Assembly (NCBI GenBank): GCA_964106915.2
Contig: OZ066916.1
DNA length: 64,000 nt
Source: Podarcis gaigeae
Lineage: Eukaryota
Direction: 5' to 3' (one strand)
Shown piece after piece: positions 38,786 through 51,386 of this stretch (its first letter is position 1; each line of letters starts with the position of its first letter). The position numbers were made by a program, and so were the translations under genes. The notes below the pieces were generated by a model. It saw nothing but the letters and a program-made list of their open reading frames with translations. It ran no database searches and had not been told where the DNA came from.

Positions 38786-38935
38786 GAATGAACGGAGACA
38801 ACACAGATTCTCAAAAGCTGAATAAGATTATCTCAGAAATACAGGCTTTACAAGAGGTTGTGGCTAGATTTAGACAGCTTCGGTTAGATGCTACAGAATT
38901 TGCCTGTCTCAAATGCATCGTCACTTTTAAAGCTG
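38786..38935 (+). CDS. NR2E1: NR2E1 exon 7
   Basis: MNGDNTDSQKLNKIISEIQALQEVVARFRQLRLDATEFACLKCIVTFKA; 150 nt. Confidence 0.98.
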
Positions 38936-39807
38936 GTAAGGGGAATATAAAAATAGCCTTTGGGGCATCTATCAGTAGGCTGTGCAGTGGCCAAGTATCC
39001 TACCTCCAATAGCAGACTACAACGAACATCATAGATTAATGATGTGGGCTGAAGGACAGAGCCACTTCTCAACTGGGACACCCAGAAAATTCCAATATAA
39101 AATGAGTACAAATCCTTGTTCCTTGAGATGGGCTCTTCTAAAATTCCATGGATTACAGGGGGCTTTTTCAGGAAAGCAATTGTCTTCTCAGTTGCTGAAG
39201 AATTTAGCATATTGGTATCTTGATGTGTCTGAGCAATTTTGTATTGCAGAGACTACTGGGGGCAGACCTATAAAACCCTCAATAGCTTGGGTCCATCATA
39301 CTTAAGAGTCATGTCTCCCTTTTCATCCTATTGTGAACTTTATGATTGACCAAGACTGGCCATCTAAATGCTGCCTTCCACACACCATATTTGGTGAGAA
39401 TAAACATTCGAAGATGGATTCCATTATATTCTCAGCCCTTTAATGTTCGCCAAGGCCCAAGCCTGAGTATCTTGTCAAAGGAAGTCCGCAAGGTTTTTAT
39501 TTGGTTGGCCATTGGAGGTTGAAATGAAAACAAGTAACAGTGTTGGGCTCATCTGTTTAATGCTGCTAACTGAAAATGTGACACTGCTTTACACTTATTA
39601 AAATTTGCGGGAGCTTTCAGGGTGGGACACATGTTGACAAACTGAAATTCTAGAATGCCATAAGCAGTGAAATGGAATCACCAAGATGTGCCTTCATGCT
39701 TGTAGGTGGTGCTATGGAGTTAAGTGGTGAAGTGTAACATTAGTTGGCATCGAGTTAATATTGACTGTTCTGATTAATAAGTGAAGAGTGGTCAATCTGC
39801 TTTTCAG

Positions 39808-39913
39808 TACCTACGCATAGCGGTTCTGAACTCAGAAGTTTTAGAAATGCTGCAGCCATTGCAGCTCTTCAAGATGAAGCTCAGCTCACCCTGAACAGCT
39901 ACATTCATACTAG
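39808..39913 (+). CDS. NR2E1: NR2E1 exon 8
   Basis: VPTHSGSELRSFRNAAAIAALQDEAQLTLNSYIHTR; 106 nt. Confidence 0.97.
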
Positions 39914-40113
39914 GTGAGGACACTAGATTTGAATACATTTTTTTTCCCAAGCTCTTAATTTGCTGTACCTGCAGTAAGTTTATTCATCCCAGGCAAATAA
40001 TTCAGATGAAAGGGGGAAGAGAAATAAAGGGCGTAATGTTTAATACCTGATGAGAAACAAAATGAATTTAAAACAACAGCACAGAAAGCTTCTCTCTCTT
40101 CACAACCAGATTA

Positions 40114-40357
40114 CAGTCATACCTTGGATCCCAAACGCCTTGCAAGTCAAACGTTTTGGCTCCCGAATGCCACAAACCCGGAAGTGAGTGACTGTGAACT
40201 ATTTTTGGAAGCCGAATGTCCAATGGGGCTTCCGCGGCTTCTGATTGGCTGCAAAAGCTTCCTGCAGCCAATCCGAAGCCATGTTTTGGTTTCTGAATGT
40301 TTTAGAAGTCGAACGGACTTCCGGAACGGATTCTGTTCGACTTGCAAGGTACAACTG
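40114..40357. mobile_element. Second Tigger-like MITE family
   Basis: Imperfect TIRs cagtcataccttg...caaggtacaactg with TA flanks; internal palindrome gattggctgca...tgcagccaatc. Confidence 0.75.
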
Positions 40358-41159
40358 TATTAGCATTTTTAAGACACTTTGCTTCTGTGAAGTGGCTTTT
40401 AATCTGTTGTGTAAATGAGAGCTGGTTTTAGCCTGGAATTTCAATCTTGTTGAGTTTTGGAATGCTTTCATGGGTGAAAATTTATATTTTTAGAATTTTG
40501 ACTGATTATTTTTTTTGGGGGGGGGGAGCATGTTACATCATCAAAGTGTAGAATCAAGCTACAGTTCTGCAAGTAACCAATCCCACTGATTTCAAATGGG
40601 AGGACCTCATGGCTGTGCAGAGATCTGAGCCAGTCCAGCATTCACTCCATCCACTATACTAGCAGTGGGCAGCAGATAAATTGAAATCTACAGGAAGATC
40701 TCTGGAATTTGTAGAAGGTTGGCAAGGGCTTCCAATTCCCGATTTTCTGATATCAAGAGCAAAAAGCCCTCCTCTCATTAGGCTGCTGAAACAAAGAAGG
40801 GGGACAGAATACTGGAATGGCATTGTGGGCAGAAAAGACTGGGGAGCAGTTCTGGTACTGCAAATTTCTGGGCTGATCATGTGTTCAGAGGTGCCCATAA
40901 GTGTAATTCTAATGTGTATCTATCCCATGAGTTACTATTGTGTACATTAGTCTGATTGATTTCTAGTAAAAAAAAAAAAAAGTAGATTCTACAAGCCTGA
41001 AGTCTGTCCAGCTTTGCACTTTACCACATTCAGATTTCTTAAAGTATACTATTTTGCTGGCATTTTGATTGTTGGCTTTCACAAAGGCAATCAACAACAT
41101 GAAAAATATTATGAGTGTTATTTATATCCATAGCATTAACTCTCATGCTTGCCTTCCAG

Positions 41160-41322
41160 GTACCCCACACAGCCCTGTCGCTTCGGGAAACTCTTATTGC
41201 TTTTGCCAGCTTTACGTTCGATTAGTCCCTCCACAATAGAAGAAGTATTTTTCAAAAAAACCATTGGGAATGTGCCAATCACAAGACTGCTTTCAGATAT
41301 GTACAAATCCAGTGACATCTAG
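41160..41322 (+). CDS. NR2E1: NR2E1 exon 9 coding part (AF helix, stop TAG)
   Basis: YPTQPCRFGKLLLLLPALRSISPSTIEEVFFKKTIGNVPITRLLSDMYKSSDI*; spliced total 1158 nt. Confidence 0.98.
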
Positions 41323-42625
41323 ACTGACCTGGGGGGGAGCAAATGAGAATGATCAGGGTCACCATTTCTGAAGAACTTCTTGATCAATGGAGAGCAAGCC
41401 TCAGCTAACAAACTCTACGAGAAGCTGGAGCCTGGAAATGTTTTAACCTAGTGACAAAATACACCCAATAGATACGGTTTTGCAGCCTTGAACAGAGCAA
41501 CTTTGAGTCCTTGGGGATGTGGGTGGGGAAATACTGTGCTCCGCGGAAAAACCTGCTGTAGAATGAACTTGGCTGCTGCTTCTCCCGGTGGAGCCAATTC
41601 AGTTGTCATTCATAGTTAACAAAGGCTGTGCTAGTCTGCCATTTAGTTGGCAGATGTGACAAGGTAAAGAAGAAGGTCCTTTAGGGTTGTTGTTTCTTCA
41701 TACTTTAAAAAATGGGGTAACCAAACATTGTTCTGTCGTCATGTGTCATGAGGTGGCCTTCAAAAATGGTTTTTGTTTTTTTAAAAGTAGCTTGTTTAAG
41801 TGAATGCTTTTTATATGAGAGGCAACACTGAATACCAGGTTATAGAAACATTTGCTTCATCTGTAACGTAATAATAAAAGTGGCCTTCATCATGGATTTT
41901 TAAGAAGTACGCCAGCAAATACCTTTTGAATTCAATAGGCTATGCCTCCTTGTTAAAAAAAAACCACGAAGGGGTGGACTTCACGTCTAAGTCTGGCCAA
42001 CATTTCAGTTCCGATTACCATCTCAGACAAAAGAGCTTTAAATAAAAAGTTGTTTTTCTTTTCATTTTAAAAAATGCATGTTAAGCGAAGACTAAACAGC
42101 AAAACCAAATAAAAGAAAAAGGAGAGGATTGATACAGCGAACTAATAGCTGTCCCACTGGCATAGTGCTGAAACCAAAGGCAACGGTGGTCAAACTCTTT
42201 GTCAATGAGATGTGCAAAAAAGGTACCTGACTTATAATAAAAACAGTTTTGAACCATCTTACAATGAAAGAAAAGGATGGTTGATCAATACAAACCTAAT
42301 ACTCTAGCGGCTTTTTAGAAAAGTCCAGGTTCTAATAAAAGCCTCTCTCTCTCTCTCACCACTCCTCACACAACACACATATTATGAGCTGCTTAATTTG
42401 ATGAGAATACACTTATGGAAATGTAGGGGGGAATTAAAAGATAACTGCTGTACTTTTCAAGTTTTTATTTGTTTTAGGAACTAGCACTGAGAAAGGAGAA
42501 CCAGCACTTGAAGTATCATAGAATGAGTAAAACTTCTCTTGTACAAAAATGGATTAACTGATTTGTGAAGTTAAGGTTGTACTCATTGTATTTACAAAGA
42601 ATAAAAAATATATTAAGTTTAAAAT
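41323..42625 (+). other. NR2E1: NR2E1 3' UTR with distal polyA signal AATAAA at 42600-42605 (proximal candidates near 41873, 42041, 42237, 42334)
   Basis: AT-rich, no interspersed repeats, TGTA elements just upstream of AATAAA; exact end inferred. Confidence 0.7.
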
Positions 42626-43156
42626 GGTACGGCTTTTGATTAAACATTACTCCCCACTGATGGTGCAATTTCCAAGAAACAGGTAAAAAAATATAATGGG
42701 GTGAGTATACTGCTATGTTTTATTTAAAAGTGAACAGGTGTGGAGTACTTTGGCTCTCTGATGTTGCTGAACCACAGATCCCATCAGTCCCCATTAGCAA
42801 CTGCAAGGGATGATGAGAGTTGCAGTTCAGCAACATATAGAGGGCCAAAGGTTACCTGCAGTTGCAGTAGCCCTACTGAGCAATTGCTTGCACGAAGGGG
42901 CAACACAAGTCGCAAGAAGCTCTGCCTTTAGTCCTATCCCCCAGTCACACAGCTCCATCCCACATGCTCATGGCAACTGTGCGCAGCCTGCTACAGAAGG
43001 GTAGGCTCCCAGTACAATTTAGGACCTTATCACACAAGGTTGTAGATAGTACAGGAGGCTCACAGCAGCACCTCGGTGCTTAATGCTGCCCCTCCATGCT
43101 AAGTGTGCCTGGACACAAAAAGATGCCTACAGCACCATTCTAACACCACTGGAATA

Positions 43157-43253
43157 AACAAAAAAATTCCTTCCAGTAGCACCTTAAAGACCAACTAAGT
43201 TAGTTCTTGGTATGAGCTTTCGTGTGCATGCACACTTCTTCAGATACACAGAT
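43157..43253 (-). mobile_element. 97-bp Penelope terminal fragment
   Basis: Nearly identical to 12179-12271; perfect 14-bp TSD acaccactggaata at 43143-43156 and 43254-43267. Confidence 0.85.
43210..43247 (-). ncRNA. Minimal type I hammerhead ribozyme motif (second copy)
   Basis: Identical to the 12232-12269 motif. Confidence 0.8.
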
Positions 43254-44454
43254 ACACCACTGGAATAGTTCCTTCAGAAGTAGTTCTTCTGCTCCACTAA
43301 TTTCTATAGCTACCCACCAATAAGCATTACTTGAGCATCTCACATAGAAAATAGTAAATATGTAACTGTGGTGAAAGTTAGTTGGGTCTCAGCTAGAGCT
43401 GCAGAGGAGTATGTACAAGAGATGATTTAAAACTATCTAGAAAAACCATCTTAGCTCATACTGCTGAAATAAACTGGCATGCAAGACAGTATTATATACA
43501 TAGTGTAATGAACCTGGAAAGCAAAGCTATTCATGGTAGTCATGCTTTTTTAAAAAAGCGTGCTTATTCTGTCAGCTTTAGAGAAAAACTCCTTGTGGGG
43601 CCCTGCATTGACTTTATACTCCTCTTGAGCTGTCCTATTGTCTACGGCAAACAGAACCTTTGGGGGCAAATGCCCTCAAGGAATGGGGAAAGTTTTAGCG
43701 GTAAACCAGTGTTGGTCCTCATCTGGAATGGCACATTTCTGGAGTGAAGCTCTGCTGCTGCTTTTTCATCGGAATTAAAGGAATGGCCAGGTATTAATGC
43801 TTAAAAAAATAAAATGTGAAGGGTTACTCCTGATTCCAACCCTACATGGGTTGCCTTCCACCATGGCACACTTGATAGCTGTTAAAACACACACATCTGA
43901 GCTATTAAAATTTGGTTCACCATGTTGACAGAACCTACAGATTGGCTCCTTATGCGGTTAGATCCTAGGACATGGGAGTGTTGCAAAGGGTTAGTTATGT
44001 TAAGTTCAAGGAAATCATTGACATACTAATGGATGCAATTAATCATTCAGATGCAGAAAACTCATATTCAGAGCTATAGCATGATGATTCTAGCTTACAC
44101 TGAGTATTGTTACCCAGAGTAAGAGAAAGGAGTACTATAATTTTGATTCAGTACTCCATAAACTGTAACTGCACGACCATATGAAGGAAACCAACAATCC
44201 TATCCCTGTTAACTCAGGAGTCCCAAAGATTTATGTAGGACCTGCCCCGAAGCAATAACACATAGGACTGTAACTTACAATGGGCGTTTTAGTATTTCAA
44301 GCTGAATGAAGTCAAGTAATTCAGAACCATTTACTTAAGTGGAAGGTACAGCCAGTATAAAACACAGTGCAGTGGGGCATTTATCCAGGGAGATAAGCCA
44401 GCCCAAGGTATAGAGAGAAGGACTATTTTTTCCCATCATAGCAGGAAGGACATG

Positions 44455-45060
44455 CTAAGTGCATTTTTACATTTTATTTCAAAACAACTTTTAGACAAAT
44501 GTTCTTAGTATACAAATCTGTTTTCTTTTTACACAATATAAAGAAATGCTCCCTCATTGCTTCTCAGTACAAAGGCTGCCCCACCCCCACCCCGCCCCTC
44601 GCAAGCTTAAAGATACAACTACAGAAGTGCTTATTTTATACAAGGGGGTATTGAATACAATGCACCATGTTAGTCACCAAATTGCAGGTTGAATACTAGT
44701 TGTTGTACAGAAATATTCTAGTGTTTAAAATCAAAGAAAAGTGAACGTGCGACACCATAAACAGTGCAAGTTCGAGTAAGGCTGAGTCAGTAACCACCAC
44801 AAGGGTCATTGCAAAAGGAAGAAGGGAAGAGTTTCAAAATACTGAGATTTTTAAAAGCCATTTAATCAACAGTCTGACAGCAGGTTTACCTAGAGTTCTT
44901 TAATGCCATAAAGATCAATGCAAAGAACACGCAGTGCTGTTAGTATATCGAAGGCTTCTGGTGCCAGTTTGTTTGCAGCATGCTAAAAACCTTAAACTAC
45001 ATATCTTAGACGAAGTATGTCACCACTAACATTTATGCCAGTTAAAGTGTTGTGCAGCAT
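44455..45060 (-). other. SNX3: SNX3 3' UTR; polyA signal AATAAA (minus strand) at 44473-44478
   Basis: Follows the stop codon; tttatt on the + strand; exact end inferred. Confidence 0.7.
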
Positions 45061-45166
45061 TCAAGCATGTCTTATTTTGGAGGGCGTGTAGGTTTTGTCT
45101 ATTACTTCATCCTGCAAGAACATATGAAGACAGCGTTCGTTCTGCGCCAAGGGATGGCCTGCAACT
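45061..45166 (-). CDS. SNX3: SNX3 exon 4 (final coding exon)
   Basis: VAGHPLAQNERCLHMFLQDEVIDKTYTPSKIRHA*; acceptor ctag; 106 nt. Confidence 0.96.
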
Positions 45167-46488
45167 CTAGAATTTGAGAAGAAAAAAAATTAGACTTCCA
45201 GTTTTAAAAATCACTCTCCCACCCCGAACTTTCAGGAAGATTTCCAATTTAGACTTGCTTTTAAATACCCCACAACAACAAAAACCAAACTCTCCCCTAT
45301 CTTAAGTGGCATTTAAACAACTCCACCAACGGCTAATGGGCTACCACCCACCCACCAGTTACCAGAATTAGCATCCTATCAGCATGACTGCTTTCAGAGA
45401 GATCATACTGTATACAAGTCAACATTCCTGACAAAGGTTAAGGGGGGCAGGTCTGTGGTAGGACTCTAATGTACCCTCCCCCACCCTCAAGGAGAATAGA
45501 GCAAATGACATTATTAGCCATTTGAAATTTTGAGCACATCCTATATGCAAAGACTCAGCAGCAAACCTACTTTCCCAAGAAACAGCTGCCAAGTTAAAGA
45601 CAGTCTTAGAAGGCATCCAAAAATCTGGGGCTGTATTTAACTGTGCAACTAATCCTTTTCTTTCACATCTCCTCCACCTCCCACTCAGCTGCGTGCAACT
45701 CAGCCTCCAGTATTCAGTAGGTCCACCTGTCTTCGGAGAGGGAAAGATTGCTTACAAAAGCTGCCACTCCCCTCCTGCAGCCACTGGATGCCATCTGAGA
45801 TGTTGAGAGCTCATGGATGATAGAAGCCAGCTATAAAAGATCACTGGCCCATCTTGCCTAGCACTGTTAATTTTCTTCAGACTCTGCGCTGTCAAGTCAG
45901 ACAACCCTTCACAAGTCCTGCTACCTAAATTCACTTCACTAGAGACAGGCCACATTCCCACAGCAGTTTATTACATTTTCCCTACGTTCTCCTCCTAATT
46001 TCCATGTTATATTGAAGCTTTCCACAAGATAAAAGCCACATCCAAAAAGGTATGACAAGTTTAGTGCCAATTCCTGTGTCATTTGCAAACAAGTCCCCCA
46101 CCCCCACCCCCCGGAAGCAATCTGTTTGCAAATAACATGAAAACCTCAGCAATATTACACTGTATTTCTGGAAGTGGCTTTGACATTCTGTGAAAGCTCA
46201 AATATAATGTGGAAATTAACAGGGCAACGTCAGGAAAACAGAATCAACAGCCGTGTGGCTGAAGCCACGGTCTAATCAGATGTCATAAGCACAAATTTAA
46301 TGCCATTGAACTGCAATTATGAAGCTATTGGGACAAATACTAAAATGACAATGAGAAGCATTCTCATATTCCTATTTTATATGCAAATAAAGTCCATGCA
46401 CAATTAAAGGTGACCATCATGTCCAAATAAGTTATTACCAAATGAGCTGGACTTTCAGAACTGTGTTTTTGATTTGATAATGTTCATC

Positions 46489-46603
46489 TTCTCCTTTGAT
46501 TTATTAGAGGGAGGATGACCAATATTGGTTCCAAGAAGCAAAATGGGATGGGGAACTATGGAACCAATCCTGGTAATCCTCCCTCTAATAAATTAAAGGA
46601 GAA
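46489..46603. repeat. Inverted repeat, 45-bp arms, 25-nt loop
   Basis: Arms 46489-46533 and 46559-46603 complementary at 41 of 45 positions. Confidence 0.9.
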
Positions 46604-47359
46604 CTAGGAAGTAGTAGGCCCAGCCTTCTTCCAGCAAAATAAAATAGTTTACACTTTATATCCAGAGGCCTTAAAATAAGCAGGTTTCAGAAAACAGGAT
46701 GGAGAAACACGTGAAAAATGCATTCCCAACTACCTGTTATATCCCCCTCCAACTTCAGGATTGGAAAGCTTATAGGCAACTGCCAAGGAGGCAAAACTAC
46801 CATGGAACTCCAGTCACTGCCCCCTCTGACCTAATATGGAAGCCAAGGCTTAACTGTTCCAGTAAGCAAATCTGAAGAGACGGCCACCCTAGCCAAGGCT
46901 ATGTGTAAAAACCGTTTTGCCACATTACGAGCATCAGCTTCTCAGGCTGCGTAGTCAGATTGTAACCTAACTGTTCCAGCTGATGAATCACAGCCCCTCC
47001 CCACCTCCCCCCAGCCTTATTTGTATGATTCTATCTTTACATGCTGTAATTTTAGCAATTTGCATAAATTAAGCAAAACTGAAACAAAACCCAGGTCACG
47101 ACAAATACTTCAATCATTGCAGCAAATGTTAAAGCATTTGTACACTGTTCAGCTTGGATGCTGATCGCGCTTAGATGCTAGTTCAACCCTGAAAGTAGTT
47201 CAGGTGCATTTAAAAAGGTGAACTGAGCTTTGCGTGGTACGAGAGCAACTGCATTGCTAAACCCACCGGAGCCAATGACAGATGTAAGCATGTATAATGT
47301 GGTTGCCTTTACACAACTGACATTTCTACACAACTCAAGAAATAGAATAGTGCACTTAC

Positions 47360-47484
47360 TTGTTTATGAATTGTTCAAGCCCTTGCTTCCTTTCCTCTAT
47401 AAAAGAGTCATCAAATATCCCATCGTCTCCTCTAAAAGGCAATTGGCGGAAAAAAGCTTTTCCAGGCAAGGGAGGCACTACAAC
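47360..47484 (-). CDS. SNX3: SNX3 exon 3 (PX domain)
   Basis: VVVPPLPGKAFFRQLPFRGDDGIFDDSFIEERKQGLEQFINK; 125 nt; cag/gtaagt boundaries. Confidence 0.97.
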
Positions 47485-47844
47485 CTGAAAGACAGTTGTG
47501 ATCTAAATTACTAACACACTGAAAAACAGACTGCTTATTTTATGTAGAAAGCATCTAGCTTTTAATACAGTGCCTAGAAAATTTGTTTTAGGGGTACATG
47601 GGCTGTACCCTTCCCTTAGACATGGCACTCAAGATGGATGGCTGATTTAATATGGGATGCACAGAAGTGCCAAGCTTAAACACAGCTGCAAGGATTCAGA
47701 ATGACCTGTGCTCGGGTCACAGTAAATTTCAGAACTGAGTTGGCAATCCTTACCACCACCACTGACACCACATTACTTAACAGCCCAGGGCAACCTTTTT
47801 CAGTGCCACAACACCTTTGTATCCAAGAAAATGTTTTGCCTTAC

Positions 47845-47940
47845 CTTACTCTCTCTTTCTAGTTCACTTCGAAGCCATTCAAAGTCACTGTATCTTCGCC
47901 TGACACAAGACTCCTTCAATTTGAAAATAGGAAGGTTTGT
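47845..47940 (-). CDS. SNX3: SNX3 exon 2 (PX domain RRY motif); exon 1 is outside the window
   Basis: [32 protein letters not shown]; 96 nt; NR2E1-SNX3 tail-to-tail synteny. Confidence 0.96.
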
Positions 47941-48514
47941 CTAAAGAAAAGGAAAGGGGGGGGGGGAATGTTCCATCACTGTTCATCAACAATAGAGTAC
48001 ACAGGCTGGATTATGCTGAGACTGTCTACCTTCCTAACACTGCGTTCAGGATGTATTGCTCATACACTACAAGCCCAAGTGCCAAACTTAACATCACTGT
48101 GAGGGCTAAGTATAGAGATTTTACTATTTTAGCTCTAATTGTTGTCCACAAAAGGTAAGCATCTGTCCTACCCCTTCTGGATGATAAGTACTTATCTCCA
48201 GGCTGATGCTGGCATTGCAGCACTGCCTATCCTAATCATAAAAAGTTCATACTAACAACTAATCACAGCCTCACTCTTGAACATATTCTGAACACTTTTC
48301 TGCACAAAGTTTCATTTCATTTCAGGGAGCCTGTAGACTTCACTCTTGAAGCAGCCATCATTCCCTCTGTCCACTTCTTGGTTAGGTCATCCAGCATGAC
48401 GAAGGAAGCTTGCTCCAAACTGGGCCCGAATCCAGAATTTATAGCTTGTTGGATTCTAGACTGATGTCCTCTTTGATGTACAGAGCAACACTGTCAATCT
48501 GGCTTTTCCTACAC

Positions 48515-48990
48515 TTTATTATTATTATTTAAAACTTACATCCTGTACTTGGTTGGAAAGCCCTAGGACAAGTTACAACAAATGCATACATAACACAATA
48601 GCAAAAGCTTCGCAGTACACAAGCATGTGTTACTGTTTTTAAAAGCCAGCCTGAAAACAGGTCTTCAGGCAGCACCAAAGCGTGTATGATGTTGGCACCA
48701 GCCTACCCTCCAGCCAGGGAGATATTGTTAAGAAAACCTTCAGGTGGACAACTGATCCCTCATTTTCCCTTTAGGCTGGGCTCTCCGCCCCCAGCAGATC
48801 TCATTTCATGGACTAGATGTTAGAAGAGAGGTGTTCCTGAAGTAAACTGGGCCCCAAGCCATTTGGGCACTATTTAACAAAAATTGTACCCTAAAAATTA
48901 AAAAGAAATCTAAACAGAACTAGTCCAAACATGTCCACAATACAACCTTGAATCTGGTTCAGTGATAGATTAGCAACCACTGAAATTCAT
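48515..48990 (-). mobile_element. Degenerate L2-type LINE 3' fragment
   Basis: (TTA)n tail and similarity to 23941-24445 (gagaggtg.tcct, gggccccaagcc). Confidence 0.5.
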
Positions 48991-50281
48991 TAAGAGTCCC
49001 TGTTGTATGGGGCATGGCAAAGTTGCACACGTTTGCAAGGATGACCACTAGTCAACAGGACTTCCTCTTCCTGCCCCCTGCACCATCCCCAAATCTGCTG
49101 TGGGGGGGGGGGGACCCAGAACAGATTTGGGAGGATGCAGGGGGAAGATGAGAGGAGAGAACATCCCATTATGCAAGGAGAATGCCTGCCTTAGCACTAT
49201 GTTGAATACAACCCGTGAGCTCTTGGTATTAAACCTTTTCTTCCCCCCCCCACCCCCACCCCAAAACTGGCTCAGGAGGTCAGGAAAACCATTAGAAGAG
49301 TGGGGGGGGGAGAAGGGAGATTGCTCAGTACGGCAATCCACAATGCTTGCCCTGACTAAACGATCACCTTAGTGTGACGCTGAAATCCTCCCACTGTGCT
49401 CCATCATGTACAGCAACATCTGTATGTACATGGTGTGAAACCCAACCCAAGCAGAATTAGGAAGGCACTTGCATTTTCCCAGGTAAGCACAACACTGTTC
49501 ATTGTATTATGTCTTAAGGCATATTTTTTCTCTTAACGAGTTCCTTTATGCTAAAAAGTCATGCTTGCATTGAAAGACGCTGGCTTTTGTAAAGGCATTT
49601 TTGTCCCAGGCAGGGAACACCACTATACAGTTTCCCCAGAGCTGAGGAGTAAAGATTCCCAGAATAAAAACAGTGGATTATTGCTCTCTGATTTCACCTT
49701 TTGGCTTCTTAGCAGAGTTCCAAATTAAGTCATTGTAAGTGTGTAAGGCCTGTAGAGTTTTAGTGTTTTCTGCAGGTGAGATTTTCACCTTTAACATTCC
49801 ATTTGCTCAAGTTACTTAATCCTTCTTGTTAACTGCTCTTTTATTCAGTAAGTTAAGATAAAGCAGTGAAAGGAGTGCTCGGAAATTCTTATTTCTTGGT
49901 ACAGGAGCCTATAAAAGTTAATCTCCAAGCAATATATAAGGCTTAGAAGTACAGTGTTAGGTAAAATGAGCTGGCCCAATATAGGTACCCCTCCATTTTT
50001 CCTCCTTTGAACTTCTGACACAATCATGATTTAGACTTCCAACACATTTAGCTGTTTCACTCTTGCCAAATCGTTTCCTGTTAAGATATAAGCTACCTCA
50101 AGACAGCTGCTTAGAGAACTGCAAAGGAGCGTGAGACTTTCTGCCACACTGATTAACACTTCAGTTACATGCTTCTAGTACGTAGTCTGCAGCAGTGAAT
50201 TTATCTCGGATTCATCCTAACCACTGTGCTTTTTTCTTTTTTTTTCTTTGCTTTTCTTTGCAATTACCTTAAAACCGAGTA

Positions 50282-50482
50282 CAGTGGTACCTCAGATTAA
50301 GAACTTAATTCATTCTGGAGGTCCGTTCTTAACCTGAGGTACCAAATTAACTAATGGGGCCTCCCACTGCCACCGCAGCACGATTTCTGTTCTCATCCTG
50401 AAGCAAAGTTCTAAACCTGAGGTACTATTTCTGGGTTAGCGGAGTCTGTAACCTGAAGCGTCTGTAACCCGAGGTACCTCTG
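50282..50482 (+). mobile_element. Tigger-like MITE, copy C
   Basis: Same TIRs and body as copies A and B; TA flanks. Confidence 0.85.
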
Positions 50483-51099
50483 TATTGAGTATGTGAGAGG
50501 GAGAAATTACTTGAAATATAGAACTGAGCAGCTAAAAAAGCTATTCATGATTCTTGCAGGATATCTGCAAGACGGCAAATGAGATATTCTACATCACTGA
50601 TATTCAACTGGTGGGTTGGGACCTTCTATATGGTTGCAACAACAGTGCTAACTTCATACAAATATGGTGGTGGTGGTGAGAATTAAGAAATGGCTTCAAT
50701 ACATGTTTGGGTTAAAGGCGGGTCCCAGGTCTGAAGACTACTGATCTATTCCAATGAGATATGTATAAGTGATAAGGGCTGCACTGCTCCAACCTTGAAG
50801 TTGATAATTTGCTCTGAGGTAGCAGCAATTCATTCCAGCAGACCAACTGCTAAAACTACATTACAGCCTCAAGGACAGAGAAGGTGTAACTTTATATGTG
50901 TCAGCAAGGCTGGATTACACTTGGATCCATCTCAAGTAATGAAAGGGAACACAAAGGTCTCAGTCTGATGAATTGTATGCTTTTACAACACTATAATGTA
51001 GGATCAATGGTGCAGTTTAGGCGCTGACCTCCCAAACCTATTTTGTTGCAACTCAGGGGTTTTTTAATTAAACAAGCACCTATTTATATTGACATTTAG

Positions 51100-51386
51100 T
51101 TACAAAGTTTACATCCCACCCTTCTTCCAGAGAGCTCAAGATGATTTAGCATTGAGGGATGGGGAACCTGTGGCCTTTCAGGTGCTGTTTAACCACAATT
51201 TCCATCCTCCTTTGCCACTGGTGATGCTTGCTGGGGCTGGTGGGAATTGGAAATTGTAATCTCCTAAAGAGCCATAGGTTCCCCGTGATGCCCTGCTTTA
51301 CCTTCATAACCAGCTCCATGGCTGAGTAGGGATTAGATCCTGGGTGTCTCTAGCTCTAGCCCAGAACTAACCGCTACACTGGCTCA
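51100..51386 (-). mobile_element. MIR/Squam3-like SINE with nested hAT MITE (about 51153-51290)
   Basis: Ends aaccgctacactggctc (reverse of SINE head); interrupted by gggatggggaacctgtggcc...aggttcccc. Confidence 0.6.

Noticed and set aside
41136-41318. Antisense ORF over exon 9
   Set aside because: Shadow of the sense coding frame
45061-47940. SNX12 instead of SNX3
   Set aside because: C-terminus [20 protein letters not shown] and adjacency to NR2E1 all fit SNX3
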